A DNA stretch of 64,000 nt from Acidimicrobiia bacterium (lineage in GTDB: Bacteria > Actinomycetota > Acidimicrobiia > Acidimicrobiales > JANYDT01). This document shows positions 1 through 9,675 of this stretch, piece by piece. Where the stretch lies: assembly GCA_031383405.1 (NCBI GenBank), contig JANMZO010000022.1:1544-65543 (forward strand). Direction: 5' to 3'. The notes under the pieces were generated by a model. It was not told the DNA's origin. It ran no database searches and saw only the letters and a list, made by a program, of their open reading frames with translations. How positions within the stretch are numbered: the first letter of the stretch is position 1; the number at the start of each line of letters is the position of its first letter. The translations under genes were made by a program, and so were the position numbers.

Positions 1-5
1 CAGCG

Positions 6-857
6 GTGACACGACGTATTGACGACGGTTTTCTCGTGCCGGTATTTCCGGGCGGTGGAGCCTATGTGCTCGGGTCGACCATGATCGAACGTCGCCATCG
101 AATCATCGCGGCAACTCTGTTGACTCCAGGGGCCGCGGCCGACGCTGAAGACGCCGCCGTGTTGCTCGGGCTGATTCCGAATGGCACGAGCCCAGCAGAT
201 CGGTTGCGAAATGAACTCGAGCCCGTCCGGATCGCTGTTCCCACCCCGACCCGCGTGTTCTCCAAAGGGATTTTGGTACGACGCCAACTTCACCGCACGG
301 AACTGGATCTGAACCGCCGGTTCGGCATCGACGTGCTCAGCCCCGAGCGGCTCGTTCTCGACATGGCCGGGCGCTGGCCCGCAGCACGGGTTGCGTACAT
401 TCTCGATGCCGGGCTCGCTGCCGGCACCCTGGATCTCGACACGGCGCTTCGCCGGCACTTGCAGTTGCACCGCCGGGGGCGAAAGGGCGTGCGGGTCGTC
501 GACGCGTTGTTCGAGCGACGACTGGGAGGAACGCAGATTCACGCCACCAAGTTGGAGCGTCGGACTCGGGAAGTCATTACCGCTGCTGGGTTTCCGGAAC
601 CGGTTAGTCAGTTCCGGGTCGAGTTGCCCGGGGGTCGCTTCCGCTACATCGACCTCGCCTATCCGTGGGTTCGAATCGCGATCGAAGTCGACGGGTTTCG
701 CTGGCACTCGTCGCGGACCGACTGGGCTGCGGACCAGGTGCGCAACAATGAGCTGGTCGGGCTCGGTTGGTTGATTCTGCGAGTGACCGACGAAACCCTG
801 GCCAACCCCGCTGCGTTCCTTGGCCAGTTACATCTGCTGGTGAACCGGGCGGCCTAA
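6..857 (+). CDS. DUF559 / Vsr-like endonuclease domain protein
   Basis: ORF 6..857 starts at a GTG and could extend upstream of the window. The C-terminal block RYIDLAYPWVRIAIEVDGFRWHSS...NELVGLGWLILRV is the typical DUF559 signature. Confidence 0.6.
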   Translation: MTRRIDDGFLVPVFPGGGAYVLGSTMIERRHRIIAATLLTPGAAADAEDAAVLLGLIPNGTSPADRLRNELEPVRIAVPTPTRVFSKGILVRRQLHRTELDLNRRFGIDVLSPERLVLDMAGRWPAARVAYILDAGLAAGTLDLDTALRRHLQLHRRGRKGVRVVDALFERRLGGTQIHATKLERRTREVITAAGFPEPVSQFRVELPGGRFRYIDLAYPWVRIAIEVDGFRWHSSRTDWAADQVRNNELVGLGWLILRVTDETLANPAAFLGQLHLLVNRAA

Positions 858-985
858 TTCGCGAGGTTTGGATGTTCTTGCCCGCTGAGCGGATAAATGT
901 ATCCAAACGTCGGGTTTATGCCGCCGGTCCCAACCGGCGGAATGTGCACGGGGACGGGAAGGGGTCTAAGTAGAATCATCGCCTT

Positions 986-2743
986 ATGACTTCTCGACCT
1001 GACCGTGCCCGTGGACTTCGGAGCGACTATTGCGGAGACCTGCGCCTGAGTGATGTCGGCCGCGAAGTGACGCTGTGCGGTTGGGTGGCGACGCGGCGCG
1101 AACACGGTGAGCACCTGGCGTTCATCGACGTGCGCGACCGTACGGGTCTGCTTCAATGTGTCGTCGATGGTGCCGCTGACCTGCGCAATGAGTACGTTGT
1201 GCGGGTCTCGGGCACCGTCACGGCCCGTACGGCCGAGACCATCAACTCGGGACTCGCGACCGGGGAAATCGAACTGAAAAACTGTACGGTCGAAGTCCTC
1301 AACATCGCGGAACCGCCGATGTTCCCGCTCAACGACCGTGACGGCGGCCCGAAGGTCGACGAGAACCTTCGCCTCAAGCACCGTTACCTCGACCTGCGCC
1401 GTGAGCGTATGCAGCGCAACCTTAAAATCCGCTCCAAGGTCAACCGGGCCATCCGTCTGAGCATGGACGATCAGGGCTTCACCGAGGTCGAAACCCCGAT
1501 GCTGATGCCGTCGACGCCGGAGGGTGCCCGTGAGTTTGTCGTCCCGAGCCGCCTGACCCCGGGTAGTTTCTACGCGCTCCCGCAGAGTCCCCAGCTGTTC
1601 AAGCAACTCCTTATGGTGGCGGGCACCGACCGCTACTTCCAGATCGCACGTTGTATGCGTGACGAAGACCTCCGCGCCGACCGCCAGTTCGAGTTCACCC
1701 AGCTCGACGCCGAGATGAGCTTCGTTTCGCAGGAAGATGTGCAGGAGTGCATCTCCGAGGCCGTTCTGGCGGCGACGGAAGCCGTAACCGGTTCGCGGCC
1801 AATGGATGTCATTCCCCGCATGACGTGGCAGCAGGCGATGGAGGACTACGGCTCCGACAAGCCCGACGTGCGCTTCGACATGAAGCTCGTCGAGCTGACT
1901 CCGATTTTCGTAACAACCGAGGCCCGCGTATTCCAGTCCGAATGCGTGAAAGGTCTTCGCCTGCCCGGCGGTGCCGATCTCACCCGTAACCGGATCGACC
2001 AGCTGACCGATCTGGCGAAGAACTGGGGGGCCAAGGGCCTGGCGTGGTTCAAGGTCAAAGAGGGAGGCGAAGTCGACGGTCCGGTGGCCAAGTTCATGGC
2101 CCCCGACGAACTGGCTGCCGTGCTGAAGGCGATGTCGGCTGAACCTGGGGACCTCCTGTTCTTCCAGTCGGCCGACCGCGACACCGCCCGCACGATCCTC
2201 GGCGCGCTACGTCTCGAACTCGGCAAGCCACCGATCAACGAAGGTCTGTCGTTTCTGTGGATTGTGGACTTTCCGATGTTTCACGGAACCTCGGATGCCG
2301 GCAATCCCATACCGGCCCATCACGCGTTCACGCACCCGCACGTCGACGACACCGAAAGGCTCGAATCCGAGCCGTTCTCGGTCCGCGCCCAGGCCTATGA
2401 CCTCACGCTCAACGGCTGGGAACTCGGCTCGGGTTCGATCCGGATCCACAAGCCCGAATTGCAGCAGCGCATCTTCTCACTGCTCGGTATTGCGCCGGAG
2501 GAAGCACAGAAGCGCTTCGGGTTCTTCCTCAACCCGTTCAAGTACGGCGCTCCGCCGCATGGCGGATTCGCGTTCGGTATCGACCGTCTCACCGCAATCC
2601 TGGCCGGCGAGGAGAACATCCGCGAGGTCATCGCGTTCCCGAAGACGCAGTCGGGGCTTGATCCGATGACCGGCGCGCCAACAACGATCGTCGACAAGCA
2701 CATGACCGAGCTCGGCCTGCGGCTGCTTCCGCCCAAGGCCTAG
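986..2743 (+). CDS. aspS: aspartate--tRNA ligase
   Basis: 585 aa. It has an N-terminal OB anticodon-binding region and class II core motifs (FRDEDLRADRQ-like CMRDEDLRADRQFEFTQLD, GGFAFGIDRL). Confidence 0.95.
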   Translation: MTSRPDRARGLRSDYCGDLRLSDVGREVTLCGWVATRREHGEHLAFIDVRDRTGLLQCVVDGAADLRNEYVVRVSGTVTARTAETINSGLATGEIELKNCTVEVLNIAEPPMFPLNDRDGGPKVDENLRLKHRYLDLRRERMQRNLKIRSKVNRAIRLSMDDQGFTEVETPMLMPSTPEGAREFVVPSRLTPGSFYALPQSPQLFKQLLMVAGTDRYFQIARCMRDEDLRADRQFEFTQLDAEMSFVSQEDVQECISEAVLAATEAVTGSRPMDVIPRMTWQQAMEDYGSDKPDVRFDMKLVELTPIFVTTEARVFQSECVKGLRLPGGADLTRNRIDQLTDLAKNWGAKGLAWFKVKEGGEVDGPVAKFMAPDELAAVLKAMSAEPGDLLFFQSADRDTARTILGALRLELGKPPINEGLSFLWIVDFPMFHGTSDAGNPIPAHHAFTHPHVDDTERLESEPFSVRAQAYDLTLNGWELGSGSIRIHKPELQQRIFSLLGIAPEEAQKRFGFFLNPFKYGAPPHGGFAFGIDRLTAILAGEENIREVIAFPKTQSGLDPMTGAPTTIVDKHMTELGLRLLPPKA

Positions 2744-2747
2744 AAGC

Positions 2748-3392
2748 ATGACGGGCGCGCTTCCGCTCGATCTCGACGGGGTCCCTTCGAGGTTGGCCCA
2801 ACAGATGGCGTTCCTCGTCGAGATCGATCAACTGAAGAGCGTGCTCCGTCAGACACCTATCGCTGACGGTTCCCGCCGGGAGAACACGGCGGAGCACTCC
2901 TGGCAGTTGGCCATGGCAGGCATGCTGCTTACCGAACACGCGAATGAACCGGTCGACTCTTCCCACGTCGTGCACCTCCTGCTGGTGCACGATCTGGTCG
3001 AGATCTACGCGGGCGACACGTTCATCTACGCGAGCAACGACCCGGCCGTGGCGGCTGAGCAGGAAGCGAACGAGCAGGCGGCGGCGGACCGTCTCTTCGA
3101 TGGGCTACCCGAGGACCAGGGAATCCGGCTCCGGGCACTGTGGGACGAGTTCGAGTCGAAGGCCACGCCCGAGTCGCGCTTTGCCAAGTCGATCGATCGC
3201 CTTATGCCGATGCTGCTCAACTATGTTGCCGGCGGTGGCTCATGGAAGGTGCATGCCATCACGGCTGACAAGACCCATCGGTTGATCGACGCACAGATGC
3301 CAAGGGGTTCGGTGGCCCTTGCGAACTACGGTCACGAACTGGTGAACCGAGCAGTCGCCGAAGGCATTCTGTTGCCACCGGCAGATATATAG
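2748..3392 (+). CDS. HD-domain phosphohydrolase (YfbR-like 5'-nucleotidase family)
   Basis: 214 aa. ENTAEHSWQLAMAG and LLLVHDLVEIYAGD supply the H...HD...D metal-binding pattern. The start lies 5 nt after the aspS stop. Confidence 0.75.
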   Translation: MTGALPLDLDGVPSRLAQQMAFLVEIDQLKSVLRQTPIADGSRRENTAEHSWQLAMAGMLLTEHANEPVDSSHVVHLLLVHDLVEIYAGDTFIYASNDPAVAAEQEANEQAAADRLFDGLPEDQGIRLRALWDEFESKATPESRFAKSIDRLMPMLLNYVAGGGSWKVHAITADKTHRLIDAQMPRGSVALANYGHELVNRAVAEGILLPPADI

Positions 3393-3823
3393 GTACGCAT
3401 ATTAGTTCGGGCAGTGACGTTTCAATATTTCGAACCCTTGCCGACGGTACGTGTGTCGGACGACCGTGCCCGAAACAGTATTGCTGCGCTACCGCGACAC
3501 AATCCGTGGACATATCGTGAGACAGTGGAGGCATGTGCACTCCAGCGATCGTTCTCGGTGCGCACCGCCCCTGCATCCCGACGCTGCTGGGATCCAGGAG
3601 TCAAAAGGTCCTCGGTCACTGGTAACCAATGTCTTCGGGCACTGGTGATGTTGCGTCGCCAGGTGCATTCTCAATACGGGTGGCGCGCTTCAGCTCAACC
3701 TGTGGACCCGACCAGGTCCATCCTTCCGATGGTCCCCCGATCCTCGTGAACGATGATTTTTCGATTCTTCGTGAACTATTTCGTCCTGTTCGTCCGTAGC
3801 GGTCCCGGTGTCCCGGGCTTCCC

Positions 3824-3860
3824 GACACGATCCTGACACGATCCGGACACGATCCTGACG
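3824..3860. repeat. 11-bp tandem repeat x3 (gacacgatcct / gacacgatccg / gacacgatcct, plus partial gacg)
   Basis: Read directly from the sequence. It lies in the 737-bp non-coding spacer between the HD gene and the glycosyltransferase. Confidence 0.9.
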
Positions 3861-4129
3861 CAGACCGTGCCGGTCCCCTGACCGGTTGGCCAACGAACGG
3901 CCGCTTCACCAATGGACGGATGCCGGACGACCCGATTTCCAACCGTCGGATCGCCGTCCGCAGGTTTGATGCTCCGTCGAATCGGGTACATCCAACGTGC
4001 CGGACCCGCCCGCCCCAAGGTCCCGGGCGAAATCAGACCGTGACCTCTACCGAGGATTTCTACGGAACCACCCGGCAGGTCGCCAAGGCGTCCTGCCCCG
4101 GCTCCGTGCCGACAACCAAAGGAGAACCA

Positions 4130-5290
4130 ATGCAGACATTGCATCCAACGCATGCCTCGACTGTTCTGGTCGGAACCTATCCCCCCACGGAGTGTGGGCT
4201 CGCCACGTTCACCCGCTCCACCGCCACCGCAATATCCGACGGTCGACGGGTGGGTGTCATCGAGTTGGTGTATTCACCGAGGGGCAGCCTTGCATCGATG
4301 GTCTGTGGCACCTGGACCCGGGGAGACGCACGGTCGATGATGAAGGCGGTCGACGTCATCAACTCGTACGACTCGGTAATTATTCAACACGAGTTCGGCA
4401 TCTTCGGCGGCGTCGACGGACGGGAAGTCCTTGATCTCGTGGCAGCGGTCGATGTTGCGATCATGACGGTATTCCACACCGTGCCGGAACGGCCGACCAG
4501 TAGCCAACGCGAGATTCTCGAGCGGTTGTACGAAGCGAGCGATTCAGTAATCACCCTCACGGAAACGGCCCGGCGGCGCCTCATCCGGACGACATCGATC
4601 GATGGCGCTCGAGTCGTCGTCATTCCGCACGGAGCCCATGAGATCCCTGCGATGCGGATAAAGATCAACGCGAACCCTGTCATTCTCACGTGGGGGCTAC
4701 TTGGGCCGGGAAAGGGCATCGAGCATGTGATAGACGCGCTCGCCCTGCTTGGCGACGTTCACCCAAGCCCGCACTACTGGATTGTCGGCGAGACCCATCC
4801 GAAGGTGTTCGCATCGAGTGGCGAGGCGTACCGCGAGTCACTCAAGCAGCGTGCAGCGCGAGCGGGCGTCGGTCGCTACGTGAGGTTTTTCGACGGATAC
4901 CGCGACCTGGCCGGATTACAGGCGCTCGTCTCGCAGGCCGACGTGGTCGCGCTTCCGTATGACTCCCGCGAACAGGTCACCTCCGGTGTGCTCGTCGAAG
5001 CGATCGCGGCCGGACTCCCGGTGGTGGCAACCGATTTTCCTCACGCCCGTGAGCTTCTCGCTGAAGGTTGTGGCCTGGTCGTGCCCCAGGAAAACGCTGA
5101 GGCGATGGCCAACGCTCTCCGGCGCATTCTGCTCGACGACGTATTCCGCTCCGAGCTCGTAGCCGCAGCGCGGCGTATCGGGCCGTCGATGTACTGGCCC
5201 GAAGTTGGCCGCTCGTTCGGGCGGCTCGTGGATCGATGCGTGAAGGCTCGGGCGGCGTCACGTACCGAGTCTGAGATGGCTTCCGCGTGA
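4130..5290 (+). CDS. glycosyltransferase family 4 (group 1)
   Basis: The ATG at 4130 follows aaaggag by 6 nt; the longer ORF from 3920 has a Pro/Arg-rich, non-protein-like N-terminus. The C-terminal EQVTSGVLVEAIAAGLPVVATDFPHARELL is the GT1/GT4 E-x7-E region. Confidence 0.85.
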   Translation: MQTLHPTHASTVLVGTYPPTECGLATFTRSTATAISDGRRVGVIELVYSPRGSLASMVCGTWTRGDARSMMKAVDVINSYDSVIIQHEFGIFGGVDGREVLDLVAAVDVAIMTVFHTVPERPTSSQREILERLYEASDSVITLTETARRRLIRTTSIDGARVVVIPHGAHEIPAMRIKINANPVILTWGLLGPGKGIEHVIDALALLGDVHPSPHYWIVGETHPKVFASSGEAYRESLKQRAARAGVGRYVRFFDGYRDLAGLQALVSQADVVALPYDSREQVTSGVLVEAIAAGLPVVATDFPHARELLAEGCGLVVPQENAEAMANALRRILLDDVFRSELVAAARRIGPSMYWPEVGRSFGRLVDRCVKARAASRTESEMASA

Positions 5291-6528
5291 GTTCCAAACG
5301 GAGCGTCTCCTGGCCGCCGACGATGGACGTCACTCGCGACGCCAAGCATCCGACGCTCATCGTGAGCGGCGCGCTGGCCCGGGAACTCTCGAAACCGGTG
5401 GACCTTTCTCACGTACAGCGCCTCTGCGATGATACCGGAATTCTCGAACACGCCGAGGGAGCGATACCTCGGCGCGAACACGGCTACTGCACGGATGACG
5501 TTTCACGTCAGTTGCTCGTGGCCTGTCTGTATCCCAACGATCCCCGTGCCGAAGAAATCGCAGAGCAGGGTCTTGCGTTTGTGCGGCACGCCGCGCTTGC
5601 CGAAGGCCATTTTCGCTCAAGAATGAACTATGCGCGCATATGGATGGACGAAGGCGACTCGGACGACGCGAGTGGTCGGGCGATCTGGAGCCTCGGTGTT
5701 GCCGTGCAGCGTGCACCATGGCCACACGTGAGAGATGCCGCCCTGTCGCTGTTCGAGACAACAATTTCGTTTGTGTCGCCGCATTGGCATTCGAAAGCAT
5801 TCGCAGCACTCGGTGCCTCGGCCGTTCTGACCGCTTCGCCACAAAACCGCGCGGCCCGTGCCTTCGCCGAGCGGTTGGCCGTCGAGCTTCCACGGCAGAG
5901 GAAGCAGATATGGTCGGTCGATGAAGCGCCCAGCCAGAAGCATCTTTGGCTCTGGCCGGAAGCGCGCATGACCTACTCGTCGGCGGTGCTGCCTGACGCG
6001 CTCCTGGCTCTGTCCGACGTGCATCCCCAACTGCTCGATGAGGGCCTCACGTTGTTGCAATGGTTGGTTGATCGGATGATCCGCAACGGCTTCAGCCCGG
6101 TCCCCGTGGATGGATTGGGTCCGAACGATTTGCGCCCCGGGTTCGATCAGCAACCTATCGAAGCGCAGGCGTTCGCGGGGGCATGCTGGCGGGCGTGGAC
6201 ACTCACCGGCGATCCAAGGTGGCTTGAACCCGTCGTGCTAGCAGCCGCATGGTTCGTCGGAGCGAACGACGCACACACCTACATGATCGATCGACGCACG
6301 AACGGTTGCTTCGACGGTCTGATGAGCTACGGGCGAAACGCCAACCAGGGAGCCGAATCGACGCTCGCCATGTTGCACACCATGGCCATACTCCGCCGCG
6401 GAGTCGACGAAGGAGCAATCATTCTCCGGCACGTCGAAGGTAAAAAAACGCACGATCCTCAGTCCGCGACGATCAGCGACGGAGCAACCGGATCGCCGAG
6501 CCTGGCGTTACAGATGGAGATCGTATGA
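5287..6528 (+). CDS. hypothetical protein, translationally coupled between GT4 and GH130
   Basis: 413 aa. Its GTG overlaps the GT4 stop (GTGA) and its stop overlaps the GH130 ATG (ATGA). I recognise no motif; the helix-rich composition is compatible with an alpha/alpha-barrel carbohydrate-active fold, but that is inference only. Confidence 0.55.
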   Translation: MSSKRSVSWPPTMDVTRDAKHPTLIVSGALARELSKPVDLSHVQRLCDDTGILEHAEGAIPRREHGYCTDDVSRQLLVACLYPNDPRAEEIAEQGLAFVRHAALAEGHFRSRMNYARIWMDEGDSDDASGRAIWSLGVAVQRAPWPHVRDAALSLFETTISFVSPHWHSKAFAALGASAVLTASPQNRAARAFAERLAVELPRQRKQIWSVDEAPSQKHLWLWPEARMTYSSAVLPDALLALSDVHPQLLDEGLTLLQWLVDRMIRNGFSPVPVDGLGPNDLRPGFDQQPIEAQAFAGACWRAWTLTGDPRWLEPVVLAAAWFVGANDAHTYMIDRRTNGCFDGLMSYGRNANQGAESTLAMLHTMAILRRGVDEGAIILRHVEGKKTHDPQSATISDGATGSPSLALQMEIV

Positions 6529-7487
6529 GCCCCACGTGTCCTCCCGAGATCTTCACCCGATTCCAGGGTAATCCGATCATCACCTCCGCTGACTTTCCGT
6601 TCACGGTGAACTCGGTATTCAATCCCGCTGTCACCGTGTTCGACAACGAAACGTTACTGCTTTGCCGGGTCGAACACCGTACGGGACTGTCGGCTCTGGT
6701 TGTCGCAAGAAGCAAAGACGGGCTGACCGACTGGATCATCGAACCGGATCGATGCATGCAACCAATGCTTGAAACCCAGGAGGAAGCCTGGGGTATCGAA
6801 GATCCGCGAATCACGAAGTGCGAGGACGACTACTACATCACCTACACCGGATTTTCGACGTCCGGGCCGCTCGTGTGCCTCGCATCGACCCGCGATTTTC
6901 GGACCTTCACCCGGCTTGGTGTTCTGTCGTCGCCGGAAGACAAGGACGCTGCGCTCTTTCCGACCCGCTTCGACGGCCAATGGATGCTTCTCCATCGACC
7001 GGTTCCGAGATCCGAAAGGATGGGCGCGCACATCTGGGTTTCGACGAGTCCCGACCTCCAGCACTGGGGCAATCCGCGGATACTGTTCGAAGCCCGCAGC
7101 GGAGGATGGTGGGATTCGCACAAGATCGGCCTCGGGCCGCCTCCGATGGAAACAGCCAAAGGTTGGCTCATCTGTTATCACGGCGTGAGAACAACCGCCG
7201 CGGGCAGCCTGTACCGACTTGGTCTGGCCCTGCTGGATCTGGCCGATCCCACAAAGGTCCTCGCTCGCAGTAACGAGTGGGTCTTCGGTCCTTCGGCTCC
7301 GTATGAGATTGCCGGCGATGTCCCCGGTGTGGTGTTTCCGTGTGGTTGGTTGTTGATGCCCGATGGAGACACGGTCCGGATGTATTACGGGGCGGCCGAC
7401 ACCACGATCGCCGTGGCCGAAGCGAGCCTCGCCGACCTTCTCGATCACGTCGAACACCACGACGGTGGCCTCCGGCTATGGGAGTAA
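6525..7487 (+). CDS. GH130 family glycosidase / beta-mannoside phosphorylase-like protein
   Basis: 320 aa. It carries FNPAVTVFDNETLLLCRVE, GIEDPRITK (catalytic Asp context), DKDAALFP...LLHRP and WDSHKIGLGPPP, which fits the 5-bladed propeller family formerly called DUF377. Confidence 0.85.
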   Translation: MSPTCPPEIFTRFQGNPIITSADFPFTVNSVFNPAVTVFDNETLLLCRVEHRTGLSALVVARSKDGLTDWIIEPDRCMQPMLETQEEAWGIEDPRITKCEDDYYITYTGFSTSGPLVCLASTRDFRTFTRLGVLSSPEDKDAALFPTRFDGQWMLLHRPVPRSERMGAHIWVSTSPDLQHWGNPRILFEARSGGWWDSHKIGLGPPPMETAKGWLICYHGVRTTAAGSLYRLGLALLDLADPTKVLARSNEWVFGPSAPYEIAGDVPGVVFPCGWLLMPDGDTVRMYYGAADTTIAVAEASLADLLDHVEHHDGGLRLWE

Positions 7488-7714
7488 TGCTCACTGAACG
7501 CGACGAAAGCTGAATCCGGCCGACCGTCGGTCGAGCGATGGTCGGAACCCGGGTGGTTTCCACCCAACGATCGTTCCGTATGTGGACGTTGAGCCGAAAG
7601 GCCTATTACCGATACGTCTCAGGTGACCGATGATCCGCGAGGTAACTCGCGGTACAACGGTACTGTTGCAGCGCGTGCCTATTCGGCAAGCCCCTACTTC
7701 CCCGAGACGTTCCC

Positions 7715-8839
7715 ATGAAACTCAACACCGGTGTGATCACATCGCGTCCATCGTTCCCGAACGGGACCATTCCCGCGGCGGACAGGGAAACGCTTACAGC
7801 GCTGGACGCTCCTTCCGCCCAAACGGCGTCGACTGCCGCAAAGGCAGTTCAGGCAGTTCAGGCAGTTCAGGCATCGCGCGTCCGCAAAGAACCGATCATC
7901 GCCGCCGGCAGCGTTCCCGGCTACGGGGCGGTGTTCAACGCCGGGGTGATCGAGCACAACGGTGAATATCACCTGTTTGCCCGCGGGATACGAGATGGCT
8001 ATTTTCGCAACGAGGGGGAAGGTGCCCGCTTCCTCAACTACGTGAGCGACGTGCTCGTGTTCGTTTCCGACGACGGGGTTGATTACCGATTTCAACAAGT
8101 GCTCGCGAGGAGCAGCGACGACTGGATCCACGCGGTCGAGGACCCACGCGTGCAATGGGTGCACAGTCGCGGAACCAAGCACGCGGTAATGACCTACACC
8201 CACCTTTCGCATCCATCGACCGGGAACCCGTGGCGTGTGGGCGCGCTCCGACTCGACTTCGACGGGGACCGTTTCGCTCTCGACGAAAGCTCTGCACGTG
8301 TGCTTGGGCCCGAGGGAGTGCACGACAAAGATGCCGTGGTGTTCAACTTGGGCAACGGCAAGGTGGCTCTCATCCACCGGGTTCACCCCAACATCCAGGT
8401 TGCGGTTTTCGATGACCTGGAACACCTGTGGTCGGCCGACGCCGCGTATTGGGATGCCCACATGCGTGACCTGGATCAGCACACGATCATCGCTTCGTCC
8501 GTGCACGTGAGTGGGGTCGGCGCAGGAGCGCCTCCGGTCGAGACCGACGAAGGGCTCCTGCTCTTCTACCACGAGCGGTTGATTACGGGCACCTACACGA
8601 TGAACGTGGCGCTGCTTGATCCCGATACGGCCAAGGTGCGAGCGGTGCTTCCATATCCGATTCTGGTCCCGGAACTACCGTGGGAACTCGAAGGCGACGT
8701 CAACGACGTTGTCTTTGTCGGGGGAGCGGTGGTCCGGACCGACGGCAACATCTATCTCACGTACGGCGCTGCTGACCGTTGCGTTGGGGCCGCAATCGTC
8801 GGGACCCGGGCTCTGCTCGATGCGCTCGCTGCGGTTTGA
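7715..8839 (+). CDS. second GH130-like glycosidase/phosphorylase paralog with a roughly 60-aa N-terminal extension
   Basis: 374 aa. It carries FNAGVIEHNGEYHLFARG, VEDPRVQWV and HDKDAVVF...LIHRV. The N-terminal 60 aa is low-complexity and includes AVQAVQAVQ. Confidence 0.8.
   Translation: MKLNTGVITSRPSFPNGTIPAADRETLTALDAPSAQTASTAAKAVQAVQAVQASRVRKEPIIAAGSVPGYGAVFNAGVIEHNGEYHLFARGIRDGYFRNEGEGARFLNYVSDVLVFVSDDGVDYRFQQVLARSSDDWIHAVEDPRVQWVHSRGTKHAVMTYTHLSHPSTGNPWRVGALRLDFDGDRFALDESSARVLGPEGVHDKDAVVFNLGNGKVALIHRVHPNIQVAVFDDLEHLWSADAAYWDAHMRDLDQHTIIASSVHVSGVGAGAPPVETDEGLLLFYHERLITGTYTMNVALLDPDTAKVRAVLPYPILVPELPWELEGDVNDVVFVGGAVVRTDGNIYLTYGAADRCVGAAIVGTRALLDALAAV
7844..7873 (+). repeat. 9-bp tandem repeat x3.3 (gcagttcag), in frame (AVQ x3)
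   Basis: Read directly from the sequence, inside the N-terminal extension of the second GH130 ORF. Confidence 0.9.
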
Positions 8840-8878
8840 ACAGAAACCGCCAAACCGTGTCGGTTTGTGTTCAAACCG
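8831..8878. terminator. cluster of alternative hairpins (GCGGTTT/AAACCGC, CAAACCG/CGGTTTG, CGGTTTG/CAAACCG) between convergent genes
   Basis: Five alternating AAACCG/CGGTTT arms start at the GH130 stop codon. There is no U-tract, so this is a possible bidirectional terminator. Confidence 0.4.
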
Positions 8879-8914
8879 GGTCGCGACCGGCGTGGCGGCT
8901 GAACGCGCCGCTCG

Positions 8915-9511
8915 TTACGCGATGAGGTTGTAGGCCAGGCACCAGAGCAACGCGGTGAGACTCAAACCGTTGTCGACGCGTCCGGCTGCGAGCTCATCCC
9001 GGAGTTTGGCGACCGGCACCCACTCGATCCGCTCGGCCTCGCTGGGGTCGGTCGGTTCGCCGACGTAGGACACGCCGGTCCCGAGGTACAACTCGAACCG
9101 GTGGTCACCAACCCCGTTGACCGGCGCGTATGAGCACAGGTGCGCCAGGGTGTCGACCTTCCAGCCGGTTTCCTCTTCGACTTCGCGTAACGCCGCGGCT
9201 TCGGGGGTTTCCCCGGGGTCAACTTTGCCGGCCGGGACCTCCCAGCCCCACGTGTTCGAGATGAACCGGTGCCGCCAGAGCAGGAGAATGCCACGCTCAG
9301 GGTCGAACACCACGACGCCCGACGCGGGTGCCGACGTGCGAACGACGTGATGTTCGAAGCGTTTGGCCGGGTGGCCGGGCCCGCAATCGGGGATCTCCAC
9401 ATCGACGAGCGACAGGGTCACCCACTCGCTTTCGTAGAGATTCCGTTCTCCGTGCACAGTCCAACGCATGGCGCCAATGTAGAGGCTGGGGGTCCCGGGC
9501 ATGACCGGCAC
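8915..9511 (-). CDS. NUDIX hydrolase
   Basis: 198 aa. The Nudix box is GKVDPGETPEAAALREVEEETGW. Confidence 0.85.
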   Translation of the reverse strand: MPVMPGTPSLYIGAMRWTVHGERNLYESEWVTLSLVDVEIPDCGPGHPAKRFEHHVVRTSAPASGVVVFDPERGILLLWRHRFISNTWGWEVPAGKVDPGETPEAAALREVEEETGWKVDTLAHLCSYAPVNGVGDHRFELYLGTGVSYVGEPTDPSEAERIEWVPVAKLRDELAAGRVDNGLSLTALLWCLAYNLIA

Positions 9512-9675
9512 ACCGTCGACCGGCGCGCGTGCGAGGCTGGCAACGTGTCAACGATTGCCGGACTTCACGCCGAGCCAACCCGCCGTAAGATGGCGACCGC
9601 CGTGATCCTCGGGGCGTCTACCCATGCGGAGACCATTGCCCTTACCGAACCCTTCGGCCCGAAATCGAGTGCCTC

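Noticed and set aside
661-680. tRNA T-arm-like string GGGTTCGAATCGCG.
   Set aside because: It lies inside the DUF559 CDS, where it encodes WVRIAI. No acceptor, D or anticodon arms can be drawn around it.
3920-4129. N-terminal extensions offered by the ORF track for the GT4 (3920), A2M (22352), efp (33732), aroB (31066), carA (40418), pyrD (44876), mihF (47939), uppS (62869), aroC (20322) and ruvX (16489).
   Set aside because: The extended parts are low-complexity or Arg-rich, overlap upstream genes or spacers, and the conserved family N-termini begin at internal start codons that have better context.
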